From Promethearchaeota archaeon (GTDB lineage Archaea > Asgardarchaeota > Lokiarchaeia > Sigyniarchaeales > SOKP01): a stretch of 64,000 nt of DNA. The position numbers were made by a program, and so were the translations under genes. Each line of letters starts with the position of its first letter. Positions within the stretch are counted from its first letter, which is position 1. The stretch is from the NCBI GenBank assembly GCA_048938855.1, contig JBHLLT010000012.1:1-64000 (forward strand), read 5' to 3'. Under the pieces are notes generated by a model. That model ran no database searches and had not been told where the DNA came from. It saw only the letters and a list, made by a program, of their open reading frames with translations. Of this stretch, positions 1-8,735 are shown piece after piece.

Positions 1-156
1 ACATGGGAAAGTTGGCAGAAAATGGGTTTTAAGCATTACTTAGACTGGTTTTATACTAGATGGTCACGAGAAATACCTCAAGAAAAATTAAAGGAATTTC
101 ACTTAATACTAAAGAAAACGGGATTTATAGATGCAAGATGGTATAATGAACAATAA
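1..156 (+). CDS. C-terminal fragment of a gene running in from the left edge (function unknown)
   Basis: Frame 1 is open from base 1 (TWESWQKMGFKHYLDWFYTRWSREIP...WYNEQ) to TAA at 154-156, followed by an AT-rich intergenic region. Confidence 0.6.
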   Translation, partial: TWESWQKMGFKHYLDWFYTRWSREIPQEKLKEFHLILKKTGFIDARWYNEQ

Positions 157-241
157 TATTTACAATATTATCATTTCTATTAGTTTAAAGATAAGTAATT
201 ATATCCTTTATTGATGTTTTAGTAATTTAGATTATAGAGGA

Positions 242-1165
242 TTAAGACTCTGACAACTTTTTAAATTCAAATGTAATAACCGCAGTATCTTGAATACCTA
301 ACTTTTTGCTTATCTTTCTAATGTAACTCATCCTATTTCTTCTTAATAAATCATTAATGATTACAGTAGGTGTTAAAGATATTGTTAAATAAAGTGGCAT
401 TCCCAACCATAGGATTAGACTGGGAATGTTAAAAACATTTCCAGGTGATCCATAATTATCAACAAATCTAGTAATAAAATCATTCACAGCTAAAATATAA
501 GTGATTATAGCACCAATACCTGCATAACTCTTGAGAATTGTTTGAAACCAATCACCTATAGACCGCAAAACAATTGGTTCAGTTGAATTATCTATTTTTT
601 GTTTATTCGTATAAATTATTCCTGAGTCTTTTAAAAACCAGACTGCCGAAAAAAACATCGCAGATATTCCAAAAGTTAGAATTAATAATATTGCATCTGC
701 AAAAAATCTTGTTAGCATAGGAATTTTAGAAACATTATCAAAAATGTTTGTTACATCAGCAGATAATATAAATTCAGCTACAGTAGGAGTCAATAGGATA
801 GAAGAAAGATTAATGGCCATTAATATTGGAAAAAAACTTTGAGAAAACAGCAATATTCTTTTTGGTTTTTGGGCTGTCTGAATTCCATAATGCAAATTTG
901 AACCATAAAATTTCTTATGTAAATATAGTATAATTGGACTTATAAGATAACCACCAATAACAAAGCCAACTAACGCTGAAATGGGAAAAAAAATTATAAA
1001 TATAATTCCAAGCGTTAAAATAATATCATCTAAAGGTATAAAACGAGTTAAGGCTATTGAAATCACTGGTCTAAACAATATTTCCAAAATACTTATAATT
1101 ATTATCCAAAAGACTATATAAATAAAATATAATATTAGTAATTTTTTATACTTGGAAATATACAT
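242..1165 (-). CDS. Hypothetical multi-pass membrane protein
   Basis: 307-aa ORF with about 6 hydrophobic segments; no recognisable catalytic motif. Confidence 0.75.
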   Translation of the reverse strand: MYISKYKKLLILYFIYIVFWIIIISILEILFRPVISIALTRFIPLDDIILTLGIIFIIFFPISALVGFVIGGYLISPIILYLHKKFYGSNLHYGIQTAQKPKRILLFSQSFFPILMAINLSSILLTPTVAEFILSADVTNIFDNVSKIPMLTRFFADAILLILTFGISAMFFSAVWFLKDSGIIYTNKQKIDNSTEPIVLRSIGDWFQTILKSYAGIGAIITYILAVNDFITRFVDNYGSPGNVFNIPSLILWLGMPLYLTISLTPTVIINDLLRRNRMSYIRKISKKLGIQDTAVITFEFKKLSES

Positions 1166-1256
1166 GAGATCTAAAGACTTGGATAATTTTTAAGAGCTTA
1201 TTAATAAATATTTATGTTTATAGATAATTTAATTATAGTATTTTAGATTGAAAAAA

Positions 1257-1970
1257 TTAAGTTATTTTCCACCAATAGGGAAATTCTATATTGATAAACT
1301 TATTAGTATCATACAGTAAAATTTCGTCGTTTATAAAGGAAAATGCAAATCCCCCAAGATAATTAATCCAATTTTTACTTGGGGGTATTCCAAACCATCC
1401 AAATTTTAAAGCCAATAAATGTAAGTCATGAGTTATATGAATATCTAATGTATTTTTAGGAGCATTTTCAATTTTTTCCCACATGATTCTGGCTGCCTTT
1501 TGAGAATATGTTGGTAAAGGAGTCCAAATTTCAGGTGAATAAAGACCTGCAATCCACCGATTAAAAATTTGCAATATATCATATTTCTTGTTTTCTTCTA
1601 AAAAGAAATTTAAATCAATACCTATATGATATAACGGTCGTAAAACCCCTATTAGAACAGCTTCTCCACCAATTTCTTCAAAACCTTTTAAAATTTCTTT
1701 AGCTGTATCCTCACATCTATCAGCTTTACTATGAAATAAACGAATTGGCTTATCTTTTGGTAAATTTTTACCGAAAAGATTAGCTACTTTTCGTCCTTGA
1801 TGTGTTAGATTCAAATCTGCATCAATAATAAAGTCTTTCGGCTCATTCCTTTGAGAATGCCTTAAAAGAAGTGCCATTTTTGACTTTTCTGGAAATTTCT
1901 TAAGACCTTCAATTACTTGTTGAGCTTCAGATGACCAATCAGCTTGTTGCCAGATTTTATCAATTTCCAT
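1257..1970 (-). CDS. Histidine phosphatase superfamily protein
   Basis: RHS catalytic motif (LLRHSQR), LTHQG, S-x3-RC-x2-TA and distal His (ITHD). Confidence 0.8.
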   Translation of the reverse strand: MEIDKIWQQADWSSEAQQVIEGLKKFPEKSKMALLLRHSQRNEPKDFIIDADLNLTHQGRKVANLFGKNLPKDKPIRLFHSKADRCEDTAKEILKGFEEIGGEAVLIGVLRPLYHIGIDLNFFLEENKKYDILQIFNRWIAGLYSPEIWTPLPTYSQKAARIMWEKIENAPKNTLDIHITHDLHLLALKFGWFGIPPSKNWINYLGGFAFSFINDEILLYDTNKFINIEFPYWWKIT

Positions 1971-2050
1971 ATATTTTTAAATAATATATAACATTAGAAA
2001 ATTTTCTTCTTTAGATGCAAAAATAATTAAGATTAACAAATCAATAAAAA

Positions 2051-2386
2051 TTATTTTTCACTCAGTCCTGTAAAAATTTTTTCCATTTTCTTCCGATACA
2101 CTTCAAAAGCTTCCCTTCCTTGTTTACTTAACTTTAAAATTGTTTGAGGGCGTTTACCTTTAAATTTTTTTTCCACTTCCACATATCCAACGGACTCTAA
2201 CTTGTTTAGATGAGAAGATAAATTTCCATCAGTTAATCCTGTTTGATTTCTTAAGAAAACAAAATCAGCGCTCTCAACGACATATAAATATGACATTATC
2301 ATCAACCTAGCTGGCTCATGAATAACTTTGTCAATATCTGTAAGAGGTTGTAAAATATCATCTGATTCTGCTCTCTTTTTTGCCGT
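2051..2386 (-). CDS. Winged-helix transcriptional regulator (ArsR/MarR-like, HTH_34 type), probable ACG start
   Basis: DIDKVIHEPARLMIMSYL...LTDGNLSSHLNKLE..GYV..EK.F.GKRPQT. The family N-terminal motif lies upstream of the ORF-track TTG (2305); SD AGGTGA sits 6 nt before ACG at 2386. Confidence 0.85.
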   Translation of the reverse strand, partial: TAKKRAESDDILQPLTDIDKVIHEPARLMIMSYLYVVESADFVFLRNQTGLTDGNLSSHLNKLESVGYVEVEKKFKGKRPQTILKLSKQGREAFEVYRKKMEKIFTGLSEK

Positions 2387-2396
2387 GATTACTCAC

Positions 2397-3032
2397 CTAC
2401 TTCGATAGGGGATATTTTTTTAAGAAGCGAATAAAATAATAAAGACCTATCACTACTATTAACCCTCCAATTGAACCAAAAATAAGAAGAGCATTCATTG
2501 GAGATCCCACAATAGGGTTAATTAAAACTGTTAAAAATAATCCTATTCCCGCAAGAAAAGCATAATAATATAATCTTGTAAAGTCAAGAAAAAAAGCTAC
2601 CACACAAAAGGGCAAAGTGAAAAATCCTAGTCCTAAAAATAGTGATATAAAAAGGGGCTCAAGCGGAATACTACTGATAAACCCTGTAAAGGGTAAAATA
2701 AATAATATTAAATTTAAGATGAAGAAGGCAATTAAAAAAAGTTTCAGTTTTAGATGTTTTGACTTGCGTTTTGGTCCAAATTTTACAAATCCTATCCTTG
2801 GGATTGTTATAAACTTCTTTCCTAAGTAGAATATTAAGAACGCAATCGTATACCAAATAACAATAGGAATGAAAGTAATCCAAATATCTGGTAAATTGAA
2901 GACTGAGCCTAATGATGTACTTGCTCCCATACCTAAAATTATCATTCCCATAAATAAATCCCATAAACCATCATCGAATATAGATCTATATGCTTTTTTC
3001 TCAAGTGACTTTAAATCCAATTCTTCTGACAT
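2397..3032 (-). CDS. Membrane protein, paralog 3 of a tandem triplet
   Basis: DLKSLEKKAYRSIFDDGLWDL N-terminus, ITIPRIGFVK, C-terminal RFLKKYP; about 6 TM segments. Confidence 0.85.
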   Translation of the reverse strand: MSEELDLKSLEKKAYRSIFDDGLWDLFMGMIILGMGASTSLGSVFNLPDIWITFIPIVIWYTIAFLIFYLGKKFITIPRIGFVKFGPKRKSKHLKLKLFLIAFFILNLILFILPFTGFISSIPLEPLFISLFLGLGFFTLPFCVVAFFLDFTRLYYYAFLAGIGLFLTVLINPIVGSPMNALLIFGSIGGLIVVIGLYYFIRFLKKYPLSK

Positions 3033-3034
3033 TT

Positions 3035-3673
3035 CTAAACCATCTCTATCTTTGGTTTTGGATATTTTTTAAGAAATCGAATAAAAATTATCGATCCCAT
3101 TAAAAGAATGATACCTCCCATAACCCCATATGACAAAAGCCATCTAATTCTATAATCTATGAAATCATATAATAACTCATTAATGAATATAGCTAGCCAT
3201 ATAAGCATTCCAATGAAATATAATCTAGGAAATTTCATTAAATAAGCTATGATGGCAAAAAAAGGTATGAAAAACAAACCAATAATTAAAATAAAAGTAA
3301 TACCTTCTACTTGTATTCCTGGACCATTGCCAATAATTAATAAAATAAAAATAGTTAATTGGATTACAAATTGAATTAAAACTACAATAAATAACTTTTT
3401 TCTCATTGATTTGATGGAAGGACCAGGTTTAACAATTCCAATCCTGGGTTGAATGACATATTTGAGGGTGATAAATATAAATATAGTTGCGATAATGATA
3501 AGAATTAGTGGCCATGTGAAATAATTATAAGGTGGAGGTAGACTTTCACGGAAGATTGGTCCAAAGGCCATTCCTGTAACAATAAAACCTAACATCAAAT
3601 CAAAAAGACCATGTTGATGAGCTGACTTTAGGATTTTTTTCTCAATCTCTTTCAGATCAATGTTGTTTGCCAT
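3035..3673 (-). CDS. Membrane protein, paralog 2 of a tandem triplet
   Basis: DLKEIEKK...GLFDL, IQPRIGIVK, RFLKKYP. Confidence 0.85.
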   Translation of the reverse strand: MANNIDLKEIEKKILKSAHQHGLFDLMLGFIVTGMAFGPIFRESLPPPYNYFTWPLILIIIATIFIFITLKYVIQPRIGIVKPGPSIKSMRKKLFIVVLIQFVIQLTIFILLIIGNGPGIQVEGITFILIIGLFFIPFFAIIAYLMKFPRLYFIGMLIWLAIFINELLYDFIDYRIRWLLSYGVMGGIILLMGSIIFIRFLKKYPKPKIEMV

Positions 3674-3676
3674 ATT

Positions 3677-4324
3677 TTAGCTACTCTCCTCTTTAGATCT
3701 TGGATATTTTCGAATGAATTTAATTAAGAATGTCATTCCTATAAAAATAATAACAGAACTTATAATACCAAATGCGATTAATGCATCAAAAGGCTCTGGA
3801 ATAAAAATTGAAAATAAATCTGATAAAAAGAAGCTTATTCCTACTAAAATAGAAATAAAATATAATCGGGGATGTTGTAGAAAATATGCTGCAAAACATA
3901 ATGGAACTGTTATAAATAATAATCCAGTTATTAATCCTTGTATATATACGGGAAAAATTGACCATAAGGCGGGATTTATTAATCGCATAATATAGACAAT
4001 CAATAGAATAATCGCATTTATAGACAAAACAATCACAGTCTTCAATTTTCGAGATTTTTGTTTAAAGCCAAATTTTACTTTTCCCAAACGAGGTTGTGTA
4101 ATAAATTTCTTTCCGAGTAGAAACAAGATTAATCCTATTATCATAAGCATTATTGGTAATAAACTATCAAACGGCTCAGGTAGATAATCAACAAGAGTTA
4201 TTCCTATACCAATACTTAAAACTAATATCCCAAAATAAATATCTAAAAGTCCATCTTCAAGGGTAGATCTCCACGTTTTCTTCTCAATTTCCTTTAAATC
4301 AAAATTTTTAGCTATTTTTTTCAC
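3677..4324 (-). CDS. Membrane protein, paralog 1 of a tandem triplet (start GTG 4324 or ATA 4315)
   Basis: DLKEIEKK...EDGLLDI, ITQPRLGKVK, KFIRKYP. Confidence 0.85.
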   Translation of the reverse strand: MKKIAKNFDLKEIEKKTWRSTLEDGLLDIYFGILVLSIGIGITLVDYLPEPFDSLLPIMLMIIGLILFLLGKKFITQPRLGKVKFGFKQKSRKLKTVIVLSINAIILLIVYIMRLINPALWSIFPVYIQGLITGLLFITVPLCFAAYFLQHPRLYFISILVGISFFLSDLFSIFIPEPFDALIAFGIISSVIIFIGMTFLIKFIRKYPRSKEESS

Positions 4325-4338
4325 CTTAGTATTAAAAA

Positions 4339-4440
4339 TTAAAAGATCTTACTTAACGACATCATAAGACCCACAATAAGAGTAAAAACACATACAAGGG
4401 TCAAAATGATCCATAAAAATAATATTCTTTTTCTTTTCAT
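4339..4440 (-). CDS. 33-aa single-TM / signal-peptide-like small protein (not in ORF track)
   Basis: GGAGG SD 8 nt before ATG; MKRKRILFLWIILTLVCVFTLIVGLMMSLSKIF*; fills the gap between the permease and paralog 1. Confidence 0.65.
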   Translation of the reverse strand: MKRKRILFLWIILTLVCVFTLIVGLMMSLSKIF

Positions 4441-4522
4441 TTATTTTTCCTCCTTTATTTTTTTTTATTATTACTAAATTGATAAATTGAAAAAAAAGAA
4501 AAGTGAATGATTTTTTGTATAA

Positions 4523-6199
4523 CTACTCAAGTTTATTCAATTTTCGCATACCAAAATAAAGCAGTGGAAGGCTAATTCCAATATTATAAAGAAATACAGG
4601 TACCTGCATTAAAATTCTCGTCATTTCAACAGTCTCAGGATGAATTACAAGCAATAACATAATAGGTAAAAACATCATTGGTTGGAGTAAAAGCATTGAT
4701 ATCATTGCATTTGATCTCATGTTAGAGTCTTTCTCTCCAAAGGCAGGGGATGTACATTGGAGCCCCATAGCTTGACACATTGATATCTCCGCAAAAAGTA
4801 GAAATTCAACGAAAAAGATAATAGTGTTTAGAATATCAATGCTTGTGAATATTACAAACAAAGTAGTTATAAATATTGATATTAAAATATTTATAATCAG
4901 CATTGTAAGTAAATATGAATACACTAAGGATTTTATTCCTCTTGGAGATCGTTTGTAAATCCAAATAACGTCCTTTGAATCAACAAAAGCAAGATGCCCT
5001 ATTATTATACTACCTATACCACCACCAATAGCAATTAAAATGGTTGAGGAAAATACAGTCCCGAATGCATCTTCACTCATTCTTGAGATAAACCAACTCA
5101 TAAAACCTAAAAGGCCTACAATATATGCAATTCTCGCGATATTTGCTTTTTTTCTGAAGAATCTTTTCAATTGCACGATAATTAAACCTCCCCAACTCCT
5201 TCCAGAAACATTCCTTATTAACCTATAGAACATGTTTTCATGTTTAACAATTGTAATATTGCTCTTCTCAATTCCCGTTTCTAAGGTATAGAATGATTCC
5301 GCTTTTTTGTAAGCAATATATAAGACTGATGTGGGAATAGCAACGACTAACAGAAGATTTATCCATATATTTAAGATAAATGAATTAAGTAATGTTGGGT
5401 CAATAATATACAAAATTATGTTTGAAAACCAAAGTGACGGGTAAAAGGCTAACCAATTTTTTAATTCTGGATGTGTTAGCAGATTGTTAAGAAAAAAGAT
5501 TATGGCATACATTATTGCAACCATAATTATTGTAAAAATCCAGATTAATGCTTTTCCTAAATCTCGTGCTTTTTCATTCTTTGAAATTTTATGCTCTAGC
5601 CAACTTGCTACAATTGAGCCTACTAAGTTAGCAAAATAAACAAGCCCAAAGACCGAACTGTATATAATAAGATACTGAGGAAACGTAAAATTTATGATTG
5701 GATTTATCATACCAATTACGATTGGGGATATTAATAAGACTATCATAGTGTAAATGGGAGCCTTGCCCAAAAATTCTCCCAAGAAGATATCATTTGGTCT
5801 AACTGGCGTCGCTAATAATGATTCTTTTACTCCTGTCTCACCTTCTCTATACACATTATTTAAAGGATAAATTAAAAGCATTAGAAATAACATCATCATT
5901 ATAGATTCAATAATAACTATAACAGCTGGTTTAAAAACACTTGAAAACTGATCAGCTAACGTAGGCATAAAGAGATCAAATAATATAGGTGCAAAAATAA
6001 ACGCCCAAAGAAATAACAACGAATATAGAGTTATAAAGAACCATTTACGATAGTTTCGAAAACTACTTGTTCTTAATAAAATTTCATTTTTGGCAATTAC
6101 TCTCCATAGCGTTTTTTTTGGAACCACTACTTCAGCTGGTTCTTTACGTATTTTATTATCCTTTGAATCTAATATTTTTTCAGTTGTAAGAACTGTCAT
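4523..6199 (-). CDS. ABC exporter permease (large multi-TM, ABC-2-like)
   Basis: LLATPVRPNDIFLGEFLGK ABC-2-type motif, 12 or more TM segments, adjacent to the ABC ATPase. Confidence 0.8.
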   Translation of the reverse strand: MTVLTTEKILDSKDNKIRKEPAEVVVPKKTLWRVIAKNEILLRTSSFRNYRKWFFITLYSLLFLWAFIFAPILFDLFMPTLADQFSSVFKPAVIVIIESIMMMLFLMLLIYPLNNVYREGETGVKESLLATPVRPNDIFLGEFLGKAPIYTMIVLLISPIVIGMINPIINFTFPQYLIIYSSVFGLVYFANLVGSIVASWLEHKISKNEKARDLGKALIWIFTIIMVAIMYAIIFFLNNLLTHPELKNWLAFYPSLWFSNIILYIIDPTLLNSFILNIWINLLLVVAIPTSVLYIAYKKAESFYTLETGIEKSNITIVKHENMFYRLIRNVSGRSWGGLIIVQLKRFFRKKANIARIAYIVGLLGFMSWFISRMSEDAFGTVFSSTILIAIGGGIGSIIIGHLAFVDSKDVIWIYKRSPRGIKSLVYSYLLTMLIINILISIFITTLFVIFTSIDILNTIIFFVEFLLFAEISMCQAMGLQCTSPAFGEKDSNMRSNAMISMLLLQPMMFLPIMLLLVIHPETVEMTRILMQVPVFLYNIGISLPLLYFGMRKLNKLE

Positions 6200-6211
6200 C
6201 TTAAAATTACC

Positions 6212-7048
6212 TCATCTAAGTCTCTTATTTTTTCTTTTTTTTCTATGTTTTTTATTATCTTTTTTGAAATTTTCAGGATTTTGATCTCTCCAAGCTAACA
6301 AATCCTCAATATGGGAAGCTCCAGTTATTTTTAAATATGCCCCTTCTAAGTTTTTAGCACCTGTTGATTCAATGATCTCTTTTGGAGTACCTTCAATTTT
6401 TAACTGCCCATCAACTATTATACCAATTATATCACATAGCTCTTCAGCTGTATCGAGAAGATGAGTACATATAAATACTGTTTTGTCTGCTTTTTCTGCA
6501 AGTTCCGAAATAAGGTTCTTAACAATTCTTGCTGCTGCGGGATCGAGATTTGATGTGGGCTCATCTAGAAAAATTATTTCGGGGTCTTGAATTAGAGCTG
6601 CACATAAACAGACTTTTTGTTTCATTCCTCTAGAATATCCTTCTAATAAATCATTTTCACGACCTTCTAAATCAAATAATTCTAATAACTCATTAATGCG
6701 ATTGGATATTACTTCTCTTGGCATGTAATACAATTCACCAATAAATTCTAAGAACTCTCTCGCAGATAATTTCGAATATAATCCAGGAGATTCTGGTAAA
6801 AATCCACAAATCATTTTTACTTTCTGACTTTCTGATACAATATCAAAACCTCCTACAGTTGCCTTTCCAGAAGTCTTAGAAATAATCGCATTGAGAATTC
6901 TAACTGTTGTAGTTTTCCCTGCTCCATTTGGACCTAATAATCCATATGTTTTTCCATAGGGTATCTTTAAATTAATGTTGTTGATTGCTCGGATATTACC
7001 AAAATTCTTAGTAAGGTCATGAGTCATAATTGCATGAGTTTCTACTAT
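6212..7048 (-). CDS. ABC transporter ATP-binding protein (probable ATA start 7048; first ATG 7027)
   Basis: Walker A GPNGAGKTT, signature YSRGMKQK, Walker B IIFLDEPT, H-loop CTH. Confidence 0.95.
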   Translation of the reverse strand: MVETHAIMTHDLTKNFGNIRAINNINLKIPYGKTYGLLGPNGAGKTTTVRILNAIISKTSGKATVGGFDIVSESQKVKMICGFLPESPGLYSKLSAREFLEFIGELYYMPREVISNRINELLELFDLEGRENDLLEGYSRGMKQKVCLCAALIQDPEIIFLDEPTSNLDPAAARIVKNLISELAEKADKTVFICTHLLDTAEELCDIIGIIVDGQLKIEGTPKEIIESTGAKNLEGAYLKITGASHIEDLLAWRDQNPENFKKDNKKHRKKRKNKRLR

Positions 7049-7096
7049 TTTTTTTCACCTCTTGATTATTATTTTTACTTTTTTTTAATTTTGAAT

Positions 7097-8218
7097 TTAA
7101 ATTAGGTTAACATCAGATTCGTATCTTGTTCTGGTTCCTAACCATGAATAGAGTATGAGAATAGCACTGAAACTTATAATAATCACAATTAAGTATAATA
7201 TAATATTATAAGCAGCTATTCCTAACCCGACAAATGTCAATTCTAAGATTACAGGAATAAATATTAATATAATCCCCATGGATTTAAACCCAAATAATCC
7301 TAGTAATGAATTTTTAGGAGTCTTTTTCCTAACAATTACAACCCATTCTACAGTTTGCTTCTTAAAGAATTGCCATAATCCATAAAACAATACTCCCAAT
7401 CCAGCAATAAAAATAGTCCAATAAATAATGCTATAACTTAAAGCCAATGTACTATTTCCTGCCATTATTATTAATGGTCCTGAAAATGAAATGAAATTTA
7501 ATATTCCATGAATTATAATTGGATATAGCACATTCCGAGTAAGGATATAAATTAATCCTAAAGAAAATCCAATTAAAAATACAGCAGTTATGTGTATAAC
7601 GCCTCCAGAAAGATTGCCGTTTAACAAATCAGCTGGTAGATGTGCCATAGCAAACAGAAGGCTGGATGATGTGATTGCAGTTAGTGGTTTCATTCCTCTA
7701 TTTTCCAATAATGGAATTAATAACCTACGATAAACTAATTCCTCATATATAGGCGCTCCGACTGTAAGTGGAAGATAATAAATTAAAATATTTAAAGGAT
7801 TAGCTAAATGTCCGGGAGTTAATAGTATATCTGAATAACCCGACTGAGGATTTAGATTAAAAATTCCAACTATATATACTAAAAGTAAATTAACAATAAC
7901 AATAGCAGAAAAAGTGCCACAAATGAGTACTATTGTCCTTATAGCATTTAAAATAGTGAGCTTATGATATTGCACTTTTTTTGCGTTGAATAAAGGGATG
8001 AAAACAAAATAGACTATGAAAATCCCTATAATTTGAGAAATTAGCAGTACTAAAAGATTTGTAATGATAAGATCTAAAGGAAAAGCAGGACCAATAATAA
8101 CGATAATCAATGTGGTTATTAAGGAAATTAGCTCTAATAGAATTCCACTTATTCCAATTACCATTAATGGAGTAAAATAATTTAAAAATTTTCCGTTCCT
8201 CTCATTGATTATAACCAT
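7097..8218 (-). CDS. CPBP/Abi (CAAX type II) intramembrane glutamic endopeptidase
   Basis: Intact motifs EELVYR (EExxxR), FAMAH (FxxxH) and HGILN (HxxxN). Confidence 0.9.
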   Translation of the reverse strand: MVIINERNGKFLNYFTPLMVIGISGILLELISLITTLIIVIIGPAFPLDLIITNLLVLLISQIIGIFIVYFVFIPLFNAKKVQYHKLTILNAIRTIVLICGTFSAIVIVNLLLVYIVGIFNLNPQSGYSDILLTPGHLANPLNILIYYLPLTVGAPIYEELVYRRLLIPLLENRGMKPLTAITSSSLLFAMAHLPADLLNGNLSGGVIHITAVFLIGFSLGLIYILTRNVLYPIIIHGILNFISFSGPLIIMAGNSTLALSYSIIYWTIFIAGLGVLFYGLWQFFKKQTVEWVVIVRKKTPKNSLLGLFGFKSMGIILIFIPVILELTFVGLGIAAYNIILYLIVIIISFSAILILYSWLGTRTRYESDVNLI

Positions 8219-8438
8219 TTTGTGAACCCTCTTCTAATTTTTGTTTATTTATATTGTCATCAATATGATTTTTTTCAATGCGATAATTAAATAAGAAACC
8301 AATATTCGTTACCAAAGATAATCCAGAAAATACACCTTCAAAAAAATCCAATAATGCTATATCTTTTGGGATTCTTCCTAAAATCAATACAATACTTATA
8401 GAAAACATTCCAATTATCAGCATAGACTCTTTCTTCAT
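8202..8438 (-). CDS. Small 2-TM membrane protein, first gene of the operon
   Basis: 78-aa ORF with AGGT SD-like motif; overlaps the start of the CPBP gene. Confidence 0.7.
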   Translation of the reverse strand: MKKESMLIIGMFSISIVLILGRIPKDIALLDFFEGVFSGLSLVTNIGFLFNYRIEKNHIDDNINKQKLEEGSQNGYNQ

Positions 8439-8540
8439 ATTTAACTTAACCTAAATTGAATTAATTTATAATTTATGATTTTACTTATTTTTCTTCAATC
8501 AGGACTTCCTTAAGTCCTAATTATTTTATATGAATTTAAG

Positions 8541-8599
8541 TATTTAAAGCTTTGTATCACAGAGTGGTATTCAATATAGAGTATAATCTGTAACAAAGT
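8541..8599 (-). promoter_or_regulatory. Putative TATA box plus three tandem 17-bp operator-like units
   Basis: Minus-strand TTTAAATA at 8541-8548. Adjacent imperfect palindrome CTTTG-n5-CAGAG at 8550-8564. A(G/A)AGT ends recur at 8565, 8582 and 8599 (17-bp period). Confidence 0.45.
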
Positions 8600-8735
8600 A
8601 TAGTTTTTTGGATGAAAATATATTAACCATCTATCTTAAAAACACTATTAAGTTCATGAAGGCTTTAAAAAGTTGGAAATATGAAAAGGAACTACTTATT
8701 CGTTCAAAAAAACACAATTTATTAAAAAAAAGAGA

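Noticed and set aside
2617-6284. Short ORFs overlapping the operon (2617, 2671, 2869, 3714, 5040, 6090)
   Set aside because: Shadow frames of well-supported membrane and ABC genes; no motifs
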